Positions 20,458 to 29,575 of a stretch of DNA of 64,000 nucleotides are shown here, piece after piece. Position 1 is the first letter of the stretch. Every line of letters starts with the position of its first letter. The translations under genes and the position numbers were made by a program. Under the pieces are notes generated by a model, which was given only the letters and a program-made list of their open reading frames with translations, was not told the origin of the DNA and did no database searches. Source of the stretch: Alphaproteobacteria bacterium (lineage in GTDB: Bacteria > Pseudomonadota > Alphaproteobacteria > SHVV01); contig OZ253470.1 in assembly GCA_965261735.1 (NCBI GenBank), positions 2,368,001 through 2,432,000 on the forward strand, written 5' to 3'.

Positions 20458-22800
20458 ATGGAGTTCAGCGTGCCCAAACCGGCGCCGATCTCGCAACAGA
20501 TCTGGGACATGAAGTACCGGCTCAAGGGAGCCGACGCATCGCCCGTAGACAAAACCATCGCCGATACATGGCACCGCGTGGCCCGGGCGCTCGCAGCCGT
20601 CGAGGCCGAGCCCGAGCTGTGGGAGGCCCGGTTCCTCGAAGCCATGGAGGATTTCCGCTTCCTGCCCGCGGGGCGCATCCTCGCCGGCGCCGGCGCCGGG
20701 CGGCGCGTCACCCTGTTCAACTGCTTCGTCATGGGCAGCATTGAAGACGACATGACGAGCATCTTCGAGAACCTCAAGGAAGCCGCGCTCACGATGCAGC
20801 AGGGCGGCGGCATCGGCTACGACTTCTCGACGCTGAGGCCGCGCGGCGCGCCTGTCGCTGGCGTCGGCGCGGACGCCTCGGGGCCCCTGAGCTTCATGGA
20901 CGTGTGGGATGCGATGTGCCGCACCATCATGTCGGCCGGCTACCGCCGCGGCGCGATGATGGCGACGCTGCGCTGCGATCACCCCGACATCGAGGCCTTC
21001 ATCGAAGCCAAGCACGATCCCGGCCGGCTGCGCATGTTCAACCTGTCGGTGCTGGCGAGCGACGCGTTCATGAGCGCGGTCAAGGAGGACCAGCCCTGGG
21101 AGTTGACCTTCGGCGGCGTCACCTACAAGAGCCTACCCGCGCGCGAGCTGTGGGATCGCATCATGCGAGCGACCTACGCCTACGCCGAGCCCGGCGTGAT
21201 CTTCATCGACCGTATCAACCGCCGCAACAACCTCGCCTACGTCGAGACGATCAGCGCCACGAATCCCTGCGGTGAACAGCCGCTGCCGCCCTATGGCGCG
21301 TGTCTGCTGGGCTCGATCAATCTCGCGCGCCTGGTGGACAACCCCTTCACGCCCCAAGCCGCGCTCGATGTGGCCGCGCTCGAGCGCCTGGTGCCGGTCG
21401 CCGTACGCATGCTCGACAACGCGATCGACGTCTCCAACTTTCCGCTCGCGGCGCAGGAGCACGAGGCGAAGAACAAGCGGCGCATTGGCCTCGGTGTCAC
21501 CGGGCTCGCGGACGCACTGATCCTGTGTGGAGCCCGCTACGGCTCGCGGGAAAGCATCGCGCTCGTTGAGTCTTGGATGGGCACGTTGCGCCGCGCCGCC
21601 TATCTGGCCTCCGCCGAGCTCGCCGCCGAGAAGGGTGCCTTCGCGCTGTTCGATCGCGACGCCTACCTCGCGGGCGAAAGCGTACTGGAGCTCGATGCGG
21701 ACGTGCGCGCCGCCATCGCCGCCAAGGGCATCCGCAACGCGCTGCTCACGTCCGTTGCGCCGACCGGCACCATCTCGATGTTCGCCGACAACGTCTCGTC
21801 CGGGCTCGAGCCTGTCTTCGCCTTCAGCTACAAGCGCCGTGTGCTGATGCCCGACGGTGCCCGCCGCGAGGAGGACGTTACCGACTATGCCTACCGCCTG
21901 TTCCAGCGCGTCAAGGGGGAGCAGGCGGTGCTGCCGGACGCGTTCGTCGACGCGCAGGCGCTGGCGCCGGTCGACCACGCCGCGATGCAGGCGGCGGTGC
22001 AGCGCTACGTCGATTCGGCCGTCTCCAAGACCATCAACTGCCCGGTCGACATCGCGTTCGAGGCGTTCAAGGACATCTACCTGCTGGCCTACGATTCAGG
22101 CTGCAAGGGCTGCACGACCTATCGCCCCAACGAGATCACGGGCGCCGTGCTCGAGGCCGGAGCGGGACCCGCAACCCCGCCCGAAGTGGCGGCCCAGTCG
22201 GAGTTGCCGCTCCAGGCGCCGCCGACCAAGCCCCACGACGTGTACGAGGCCGGAGGCGTGGTCTACATGACGCAGCCGCTCGACCGTCCCGGCGTGCTGC
22301 CCGGCAGCACCTACAAGGTGCGCTGGCCCGACAGCGACCACGCCATGTACATCACCATCAATGACGTCGTCACCGACGGGCGGCGCCGCCCCTTCGAGGT
22401 GTTCATCAACTCCAAGAACATGGAGCACTATGCCTGGACGGTGGCGCTGACGCGCATGATGAGCGCCGTGTTCCGGCGCGGCGGCGACATCTCCTTCGTG
22501 GTCGACGAGCTCAAGGCGGTGTTCGACCCGCGCGGCGGGCAGTGGGTCGAGGGCCATTACGTCCCCTCGCTGCTCGCGGCCATCGGCGAGGTGATCGAAC
22601 GCCACCTGATCACGATCGGCTTCATCGCGCCGCCCGAGGCCGAGATGCGCGACCGCGCCGAACTGCTCAAGGCCGCCGGCGCCGAGGATTTGGGCGCCGA
22701 CGTCCGCTTCCGCATCTGCCCCAAATGCAGCCAACCCGGCCTCATCCGCCTCGAGAACTGCGACACCTGCACGAGCTGCGGCTACTCGAAGTGTAGCTGA
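20458..22800 (+). CDS. nrdJ: Class II adenosylcobalamin-dependent ribonucleotide reductase with C-terminal TSCPD/Zn domain
   Basis: TLFNCFV, TNPCGEQ, CLLGSINL, VAPTGTIS, KGCTTYR, C-terminal CPKC..CTSCGYSKC. Confidence 0.95.
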   Translation: MEFSVPKPAPISQQIWDMKYRLKGADASPVDKTIADTWHRVARALAAVEAEPELWEARFLEAMEDFRFLPAGRILAGAGAGRRVTLFNCFVMGSIEDDMTSIFENLKEAALTMQQGGGIGYDFSTLRPRGAPVAGVGADASGPLSFMDVWDAMCRTIMSAGYRRGAMMATLRCDHPDIEAFIEAKHDPGRLRMFNLSVLASDAFMSAVKEDQPWELTFGGVTYKSLPARELWDRIMRATYAYAEPGVIFIDRINRRNNLAYVETISATNPCGEQPLPPYGACLLGSINLARLVDNPFTPQAALDVAALERLVPVAVRMLDNAIDVSNFPLAAQEHEAKNKRRIGLGVTGLADALILCGARYGSRESIALVESWMGTLRRAAYLASAELAAEKGAFALFDRDAYLAGESVLELDADVRAAIAAKGIRNALLTSVAPTGTISMFADNVSSGLEPVFAFSYKRRVLMPDGARREEDVTDYAYRLFQRVKGEQAVLPDAFVDAQALAPVDHAAMQAAVQRYVDSAVSKTINCPVDIAFEAFKDIYLLAYDSGCKGCTTYRPNEITGAVLEAGAGPATPPEVAAQSELPLQAPPTKPHDVYEAGGVVYMTQPLDRPGVLPGSTYKVRWPDSDHAMYITINDVVTDGRRRPFEVFINSKNMEHYAWTVALTRMMSAVFRRGGDISFVVDELKAVFDPRGGQWVEGHYVPSLLAAIGEVIERHLITIGFIAPPEAEMRDRAELLKAAGAEDLGADVRFRICPKCSQPGLIRLENCDTCTSCGYSKCS

Positions 22801-22802
22801 GG
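22778..22802 (+). repeat. 25-bp direct repeat, copy 1 (nrdJ 3' end)
   Basis: GCGGCTACTCGAAGTGTAGCTGAGG, identical to 24971-24995. Confidence 0.9.
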
Positions 22803-23796
22803 CGCCTTAGGTATGGACTCATGAAACGATGGACATACTGAAGCGGCCAAGCCATGAGAATTCTCGTCACGAGAAGTGCCGGCCATCTCGGTGAGGCCGT
22901 CATGCGCACCCTTGCACGGACCGACCGAGACGCCCTCGGCATCGACATCCTGGCGTCGCAATTCACCCAAGCGGTTGGCTCGATCGTCGACCGTAGCTTC
23001 GTGGAGCGCTGCATGGCGGGCGTCGACGCGGTCATTCACACGGCGACGCTGCACAAACCGCATGTCGCGACGCATAGTCGCCAGGACTTTGTCGACACCA
23101 ACATCACCGGCACCCTCAATTTGCTGGAAGAAGCAAGCCTGGCCGGCGTTGAAAGCTTTGTCTTCACCAGCACGACCAGTGCCTTTGGCGCCGCGCTGGT
23201 GTCGGCGGACGGCGCCCCCGCCGCCTGGATCACGGAGGACGTGACGGCAATACCCAAGAATATCTACGGCGTCACCAAGACCGCGGCCGAGGATCTATGC
23301 CATTTGTTCCAGCGCCAAAAGGGGCTCCCCTGTGTCGTGTTGCGCACCTCGCGGTTCTTTCCCGAAGAGGATGACAGCAAGGCCCGGCGCGCGGCGTACC
23401 AAGACGATAATGCCAAAGCCAACGAATTCCTGTTTCGCCGGGTCGACCTGGAGGACGCCGTGAGCGCCCACCTCAATGCGATGGAGCGTGCACCGGCGAT
23501 CGGCTTTGGCCGCTATATCATCAGCGCAACGACGCCGTTCTGGCCGGAAGACCTCGCCGAATTGCGCGAAGATGCCGCCGCAGTCGTGCACCAGCAGGTG
23601 CCGGCCTGCGAAGCCGAATATCAGCGCCGCGGCTGGCGCCTGTTCCCCAGCATCGACCGGGTTTATGTGAACCGGAGGGCCAGGGGCGACCTCGGTTGGC
23701 GCCCCAAATACGATTTCGGCCATATCGTTGGTCAATTGAGAGCCGGCGAGGAGCCTGGCAGCGACCTCGCCCGTACTGTGGGCGCGAAGGGTTATC

Positions 23797-24902
23797 CTTG
23801 CCTATCCGGTTAACGCCCATGACCGCTACATGTAGGGTGCCGCCACTCTCCCGAGTAAAGCTCGGCATAGGTTGGAGCAGAGGTGTCGCCCGCGATGCCG
23901 AGCAATGAGCGGAAGGCGTTGAACGGGTAGAACCGCCTGTTGAAGCGGAAGGTGAACTCGTTGAGGTAGGCTTGTAGGTGCTGGTGGCTAACGCCGTGGT
24001 GAGATACCGATCAGCCACGTCTTCAGGTTGGCGAAAACCAGATGGATGATCGGCAGGTATTGCTCGGCAACCTCTGGATCACCACACTCGGCAACAGCGA
24101 AGTGCTCATAGCCGCGCTTACCGAGGCCAGCATAGCCGCTCCAATCGTCAGTAACGATCAGCGATCGCGGCGCGACGGTGCTCTCGACGAACCCACAGAG
24201 CGACTCGGCGCTACGGTCGAGCACGACGGCGAGCCGAACGCGTCCGGCATAGCGTCCGTCTTTCCGGTTGTCGAGCTTGGTGCCCGGCTTTCGATGACGC
24301 ACCTCGATGGCACAGGAGACGGGAACCTTGTGGTGAACACCACGGCCTTCCCCACGCGTTCGCCCGCCAACCCAGGTTTCGTCCACCTCAACATGGTTCT
24401 TGGGCTGTCCACCGATCCTGTCTTGGTTGGGCCGCACCATGCCCGAGCGGAGCTTGTGGAGAATTTGAAAGGCCGTCTCGTAGCGCGAAAGACCAAGTTG
24501 CCGCTGAAACTGCACGGCGGACATGCCGGGCGTCTGACTGGCGACCAGATAAGCGGCCCAGAACCAGACGTTCAGCGGAGTGTGGCTACGCTCCATCACT
24601 GTTCCCACCGTCAGCCCGGTGTTCTGGCGGCACTTGCGGCAGCGCAGGACGCCAGGGCGGTTTTCAAAGTGGAACGGCTCTCCCGCCGTGCCGCAGTGCG
24701 GGCAGGCAAAGCCGTCTCCCCAGCGGGCTTTCTCCAGGTAGGCGGCGCAGGCCGCATCATCGGGGAAAAGTCGCTGGAACTCGGGTAGCGAATGCGGGAA
24801 TGGGAGATCGGCGCGGTCGAGAACATCCATGGCGCGCTCCCCTATATCCGGTTTGCGCCCATTCTAGCCCTAGTGAGTGTGGGTGTCAACCGGATAGGCA
24901 AG
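23797..24902 (-). mobile_element. IS1595-family insertion sequence, copy 2 (1106 bp)
   Basis: IRs CTTGCCTATCCGGTT / AACCGGATAGGCAAG; TSD GGGTTATC at 23789-23796 and 24903-24910. Confidence 0.93.
23810..24830 (-). pseudogene. IS1595 transposase with a 1-bp insertion near 24002
   Basis: GGTGAGATACC versus GGTGGATACC in the other copies; the ORF stops before the YLNEF motif. Confidence 0.85.
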
Positions 24903-24970
24903 GGGTTATCATGCTGAGGTCTTCGCCGAGGGACCCTATCCCGTCGAGTGAGTTCGACAAACGCCTGGTA

Positions 24971-24995
24971 GCGGCTACTCGAAGTGTAGCTGAGG
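24971..24995 (+). repeat. 25-bp direct repeat, copy 2 (duplicate of nrdJ 3' end)
   Basis: Identical to 22778-22802. Confidence 0.9.
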
Positions 24996-25162
24996 GCTTT
25001 GGGCGTGATTGTCCCGAAGGTCGCGAACCGTTCGTGACAACCGGCGCATAGAATTAGGCGTCGTCGATGCCGCGTAGCGCCGTGGAAGTCCAAGCGGGTA
25101 TCGCCGGGGGGGGGGCGTAAGACGCATGATCCGGTCGACGCGTGCGCTGGAGGAGACAGGGC

Positions 25163-25516
25163 GTGAGCGATGAGCCATTCGAGTTGGGCGAGCTTCGGAC
25201 CTCTTTGGCGGCCCGCCTGAAGGCCCTCGACGCCGCGAGCGACAGAACGGCAGGCGATCGCCGTCCCGTCGATCTCGATCAGGCGTCGGTCGGCCGCCTT
25301 TCCCGTATGGATGCCATGCAGGTGCAAGCCATGGCCCAAGCGGTCGAGCGTAGACGCACTCAGGAGCTCGAGCGCATCAAGGCTACCCTGAGGCGGATCG
25401 ATGACGGGGATTTCGGCTATTGCGTAACCTGTGGCAATGAGATTTCGCCGAAGCGCCTGGCGGTCGATCCCACGGCCGCGACGTGCATCGGCTGTGCCTC
25501 GGGCATCAGCCCCTGA
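25163..25516 (+). CDS. TraR/DksA C4-type zinc finger protein
   Basis: VGRLSRMDAMQ.QAM, FGYCVTCGNEI..KRL..DP.AATCIGCA; GGAGGAG RBS. Confidence 0.88.
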   Translation: MSDEPFELGELRTSLAARLKALDAASDRTAGDRRPVDLDQASVGRLSRMDAMQVQAMAQAVERRRTQELERIKATLRRIDDGDFGYCVTCGNEISPKRLAVDPTAATCIGCASGISP

Positions 25517-25696
25517 GACTTGTGGAGCCGATCGACTTCGAGAGTACCGGTTGCGACCTCGGAGCCGTTGGCGGTTTGATCGGCCTCGGTCGATAAGCGG
25601 AGATGATCGTGAATAAGCCAAGCAAGTTTTGGGACAAATTTGCCGAACGCTATTCGAAACGACCCATTGCCGACGAAGACTCCTACCAGGAAAAAC

Positions 25697-25817
25697 GGTC
25701 GTGTCCCAGGACGTGGTGTAGGAGTTGTTGGAGCCTCTGGTAGCTGTGGGTAGGCGGCTTGCCGTAGCGACCGCCGAGAGTCTAGCGTAGGCAAGCCGGC
25801 TATCCACAGCGGAGGCC
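25697..25817. mobile_element. Remnant end of an IS256-like element
   Basis: GGTCGTGTCCCAGGACGTGGTGTAG resembles IS256-family (IS1081-like) termini and starts exactly where the methyltransferase frame breaks. Confidence 0.5.
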
Positions 25818-25879
25818 TGAGGTGGCCTCGGTTTGTCGGACAGCTTGGCGGCTTGATTAAGGTGTATTCCAGTTGTCGT

Positions 25880-26815
25880 TCATGCCGCCAGAATCCCTTT
25901 GCATCGATCTCCTTGCCGTTGTTGTTGCGCCTGTGGGGATGTGGGCAAGGCGCGTAGCGGCTTGTCCATCATATCCACAGGCGGGGCGCCGCGGTAGGCC
26001 TCGGCCGGCGTTTCCCCCCCGAGCGCCGAGTGCGGCCTCTCGGTGTTGTAGAAGTCGATCCACTCGCCGATGACGCGCCGGGCCTCGAAGCCGTCGGCGA
26101 GCTCGCGCAGATAGACGGCCTCGTATTTGAGCGAGCGCCACAGCCGCTCAATGAAGATGTTGTCCAGGCACCGGCCCCTGCCGTCCATCGAGATCCGGAT
26201 GCCGGTCTCCCGCAAGCGCCCGGTGAAGGCGAAGCCGGTGAACTGGCTGCCCTGGTCGGTATTGAAGATCTCCGGCGTGCCATGGCGGGCCAGCGCCTCG
26301 TCGAGCGCGTCTGTGCAGAAGCCCGCATCCAGGGTGTTCGACAGACGCCAAGCCAGCACATGCCGGTTGGCCCAGTCCATGATCGCCACCAGGTAAAGAA
26401 AGCCGCGCCGCACCGGGATGTAGGTGATGTCGGCGCACCAGACATGGTTCGCCCGCTCGATCGTCAAGCCTCTGAGCAGATAGGGGTAGACCCGGTGCTC
26501 GGGATGCGGATCGCTGGTGCGCGGCGCCCGATAGATCGCCTGAAGCCCCATCAGGCGCATCAGACGACCGGCCCGGCGACGACCGACGCGCACGCCCTCG
26601 CGGCGTAGATGACGGACCATCTGACGGGCGCCGTAGAACGGATACTTCAGGAACAACTCATCAATGCGCCGCATCAGCGCCAGGGTCTCCGGGCTCTCGC
26701 CCTTGGGCGTGTAATAGAGCGAGGAGCGTCCGATCGACAGCAAACGGCATTGACGGCTCAAGCTCAGCGCCGGGTGAGCGCGTATCACCATCGTTCGCCT
26801 CTCGGCCCGGCTCAT
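25880..26815 (-). CDS. IS3-family transposase OrfB (rve/DDE)
   Basis: WCADITYI, FNTDQGSQF, DNIFIERLWRSLKYE, YN.ERPHS. Confidence 0.92.
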   Translation of the reverse strand: MSRAERRTMVIRAHPALSLSRQCRLLSIGRSSLYYTPKGESPETLALMRRIDELFLKYPFYGARQMVRHLRREGVRVGRRRAGRLMRLMGLQAIYRAPRTSDPHPEHRVYPYLLRGLTIERANHVWCADITYIPVRRGFLYLVAIMDWANRHVLAWRLSNTLDAGFCTDALDEALARHGTPEIFNTDQGSQFTGFAFTGRLRETGIRISMDGRGRCLDNIFIERLWRSLKYEAVYLRELADGFEARRVIGEWIDFYNTERPHSALGGETPAEAYRGAPPVDMMDKPLRALPTSPQAQQQRQGDRCKGILAA

Positions 26816-27093
26816 CGACCGGACCCTCGAGACAAAAAATCCCGCTCCACCGTCAACTCGCCGATCTTCGCGTGAAGATCACGGATCTCGCTCTCATGGT
26901 CCCGACGGCGGCGCTCGCCCCCGTTCGAAAACACTTCGCCAAGACCATCGATCGCCTGCCGCTTCCATGTGCTCACTTGGTTCGGATGAACCTGGTGCTG
27001 CGAGGCGATCTCCTGAAGCGTCCGGTCGCCACGAAGCGCCTCAAGCGCGATCTTCGCCTTCAGCTCCCCGGAAAACCTGCGTCTCTTACTCAT
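26812..27093 (-). CDS. IS3-family transposase OrfA (HTH)
   Basis: RRRFSGELKAKIALEA, LHAKIGELTVERDFL; T TTT TTG slippery site near 26833-26839 and ATGA overlap with orfB. Confidence 0.9.
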   Translation of the reverse strand: MSKRRRFSGELKAKIALEALRGDRTLQEIASQHQVHPNQVSTWKRQAIDGLGEVFSNGGERRRRDHESEIRDLHAKIGELTVERDFLSRGSGR

Positions 27094-27200
27094 CGCGTAT
27101 CCCTCCTCAGTCGGCGGAATACACCTTAAAAACCTGTCCGATTTTCCGGGGCCACCTCAGTTGGGACTCAGTATTTTACACTTGCTGAATAACAAGGATG

Positions 27201-27264
27201 CTTTCCTATCCGGTTTACACCCATACCCACTAGGGCTAGAATGGGCGCAAACCGGATAGGCAAG
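27201..27264 (+). mobile_element. 64-bp MITE derived from the IS1595 element
   Basis: CTTTCCTATCCGGTTTACACCCATACCCACTAGGGCTAGAATGGGCGCAAACCGGATAGGCAAG equals the promoter end of the IS joined to the opposite IR. Confidence 0.85.
27214..27242 (+). promoter_or_regulatory. Sigma70-like promoter inside the MITE (also upstream of each IS1595 transposase)
   Basis: TTTACA-N17-TAGAAT. Confidence 0.6.
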
Positions 27265-27505
27265 GAAGGATCTTTGGACTGATGCCGCTGGTCAATGTCT
27301 TTACCAGGAAGGAGTTGGAAGACAGTTTGACCCATGCCGGTTTTGCAATCGACTATCAATGGCAGCCGGGTAAGGGCAAAGCCGTTTTTATCGTGGCGAA
27401 GAAGGGCTGAGCCGCAGCGATCTTCCTTTGCCGTGCACCCCGTCTAATGACGACGCGGAACAGGTCCTGGCTCCGTTGGATTGGACACGTCTACGAGCAC
27501 GCGGC

Positions 27506-28393
27506 CTAGCCGCGCTGGACCAGCGCGACGCCGATGAGGGCGAGCGCCATGCCGGCGAGGGCGACGCGGCCGAGGGTTTCGCCGAACAGCACGAACCCGA
27601 AGAGCGCGGCGACGGGCGGCAATAGGTAGAACAGGCTCACCACCTTCGCCGCCGCACCGCGCCGGAGCAGATAGAAGAACACGATCATCCCGAAAAAAGA
27701 CACGAACACGGTGATGTAGGCGAGCGCGGCCACGAACTCGAACGTCCACTCGATGCGCATGGTCTCGAGCAGGGCCGCCAGCGGCAGCAGCATCAGAAAG
27801 GCCAGTGTGTACTGGACCGCGGGCCCGGTACGCAGGTCCATGGCGACGAGATAGCGCTTCTGATAGAGCATTCCCGCCGTGATGCCGAGGAGCGCGATGA
27901 GCGCGAGCACGAAGCCAGCCGGCGTGCCGGCCTCGACCGACAGCCCGTTGCCCACCACCATCGCGATGCCGGCGAGGCCGAGCGCGAGACCCATCCACTG
28001 GCACGCGCTGACGAGCTCGCCGAGCAGGGGCCCGGCCAGCGCCGCGGTGAGCACGGGTTGGCAGCCGACGATCACGGCGGCGATACCGGCGGAAACGCCC
28101 TGGTCGAGAGCCCAGAAAATGCAGCCGAGATAGGTGCAATGGAGCAACGCCGCCATCACCGCGTGGTGGACGAACTCGCGCCGGGTCCGCGGCCAGCGCG
28201 CGCGCATCAGCACCGCCGTCACGGTGAACAGGACGGCGACGACGGCGAGCCTGAGGAGCACGAAGGTGAGCGGCTCCGCGTGGGGCAGGCCGTATTTAGG
28301 GCTCACGAAGCCCGTGCTCCACAGGACGACGAGGGCCGCCGGTAGGGCGGCCAAGCCGGCGTTTTGCCAGCGTCCGGCGGTAGAAGCGGTCAT
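27506..28393 (-). CDS. EamA/DMT family transporter
   Basis: VVLWSTGF..KYGLP.AEP, about 10 TM helices, QPVLTA, LFYLLPP. Confidence 0.9.
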   Translation of the reverse strand: MTASTAGRWQNAGLAALPAALVVLWSTGFVSPKYGLPHAEPLTFVLLRLAVVAVLFTVTAVLMRARWPRTRREFVHHAVMAALLHCTYLGCIFWALDQGVSAGIAAVIVGCQPVLTAALAGPLLGELVSACQWMGLALGLAGIAMVVGNGLSVEAGTPAGFVLALIALLGITAGMLYQKRYLVAMDLRTGPAVQYTLAFLMLLPLAALLETMRIEWTFEFVAALAYITVFVSFFGMIVFFYLLRRGAAAKVVSLFYLLPPVAALFGFVLFGETLGRVALAGMALALIGVALVQRG

Positions 28394-28518
28394 TGGCCCC
28401 GGTGCTCGCTACGACAAGCGTCGGACCCTAGCCTAACCGCGCCATTGTCGGCCGGAAAGCCACCCCCCGCCGGCGGCACTGGCCCGTGCGCGGGGCGCCG
28501 GCTATAAGGGCTGACCCG

Positions 28519-29568
28519 ATGGTGCCCCGACGACCGAAGGCCCTCATGCGCCGCCTCGCTCGGCCGCTTCCGCTCGGCCTCGCCGCACTGGTGGCGCTGG
28601 CCGTGGCCTATACCGGATACTGGTTCTTTGCCGCGAGCGAGCTGGCGGCGAGCCTGGACCGATGGGCGGCGGAGGCACGCGCGGCCGGCTACGAGGTCGG
28701 CGCCGCGCAGGGTCACGTCACCGGGTTCCCGTTTCGCGTCAGGATCATGCAGGCCGAGGCCCGCATCGCGCGACGTGCCACACCGGCGTGGTCCTGGACG
28801 GGACGCCGCATCGGGGCGAGCGCTCGCGCGTGGTCGCCAGCCCGACTCGCCGTCTTCGTCGGCGAGCAGCGATGGACATTGGAGACTGCCGGCTTCACGG
28901 TCGCCGTGCGCGACGCAAGCGCCGTCATCTCCTTGGGTCGGAGTATCGAGACCATCACCGCCGAGCTGCCGGGCTTGCGGATCAGAAGACACGACTGGAG
29001 CGAGCCACTCGAGGTCACGCGCCTGGCCCTCGAGTGGCGGGCGCCGGCGCTGGCGCCCGCGAGCGGCGCGCCGGACGCCATGTCGCTCAGCGCCGATGCC
29101 GAGGGTATCGTCCTGCCGGCGGCGTTCGCAGCCCCCTTGGGCCGCGCCATCGCGCGCCTTTCGGCAACCTTGCGCCTGGCCCGGCCGCCGATCAAGGGAA
29201 CCCTGGCCGACGCCATCGCCCGCTGGCGCGACGATGGCGGAGTGCTCGACGTCGATGGGATTCGCGTGCGCTGGGGCGAGCTCGACGTCACCGGCGAAGG
29301 CACCTTGGCGCTCGATTCCGAGATGCGCCCGCTGGGCGCGCTGAGCGCGACGGTGAGTGGCGTCGACGCGGCGATCGCCGCGTTGCGCGAGGCTGGGCAG
29401 TTGTCTCCGGCCCAAGCGGCCGCGGTGGCGATCGGCCTCAGGCTGGTGGCCAAGGAGGGTACGCGCGGGCCCGGCAGCATCGCCCTTCCGATCACCCTGC
29501 AGGACGGGCGGCTCTATCTCGACCGCTTCGCGGTGGCCCGCCTGCGGCCCCTGTTCGGCGCTCCTTAA
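28519..29568 (+). CDS. DUF2125 domain protein
   Basis: YTGYWF, VTGFPFRV, WRDDGG.LDV, LDSEMRPLG; convergent with tyrC; start uncertain. Confidence 0.75.
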   Translation: MVPRRPKALMRRLARPLPLGLAALVALAVAYTGYWFFAASELAASLDRWAAEARAAGYEVGAAQGHVTGFPFRVRIMQAEARIARRATPAWSWTGRRIGASARAWSPARLAVFVGEQRWTLETAGFTVAVRDASAVISLGRSIETITAELPGLRIRRHDWSEPLEVTRLALEWRAPALAPASGAPDAMSLSADAEGIVLPAAFAAPLGRAIARLSATLRLARPPIKGTLADAIARWRDDGGVLDVDGIRVRWGELDVTGEGTLALDSEMRPLGALSATVSGVDAAIAALREAGQLSPAQAAAVAIGLRLVAKEGTRGPGSIALPITLQDGRLYLDRFAVARLRPLFGAP

Positions 29569-29575
29569 ACCGCGC

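Larger units (their letters stand above)
22854..24951 (+). pseudogene. NAD-dependent epimerase/dehydratase interrupted near its C-terminus by IS1595 copy 2
   Basis: YGVTK catalytic motif; removing the IS restores ...AKGYHAEVFAEGPYPVE* ending 24951; the Rossmann motif reads TRSAGHLG instead of TGxxGxxG. Confidence 0.82.
25818..27159 (-). mobile_element. IS3-family insertion sequence (1342 bp)
   Basis: TG...CA ends; IRs TGAGGTGGCCTCGGTTTGTCGGACAG / TGAGGTGGCCCCGGAAAATCGGACAG (reverse complement); subterminal TTAAGGTGTATTCC at both ends; no TSD. Confidence 0.9.
25603..27410 (+). pseudogene. Class I SAM-dependent methyltransferase split into three fragments
   Basis: 25603-25696 MIVNKPSKFWDKFAERYSKRPIADEDSYQEK; 27161-27200 LGLSILHLLNNKD; 27265-27410 ..FGLMPLVNVFTRKELEDSLTHAGFAIDYQWQPGKGKAVFIVAKKG*; family recognised from memory. 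Confidence 0.7.

Noticed and set aside
9187-24902. Composite transposon formed by IS1595 copies 1 and 2
   Set aside because: Each copy has its own TSD, and the enclosed DNA is conserved housekeeping backbone
27193-27272. CAAGGATG / GAAGGATC as a TSD of the MITE
   Set aside because: Only 6 of 8 bases match, and the flanks appear to be non-adjacent parts of the methyltransferase, which points to a deletion
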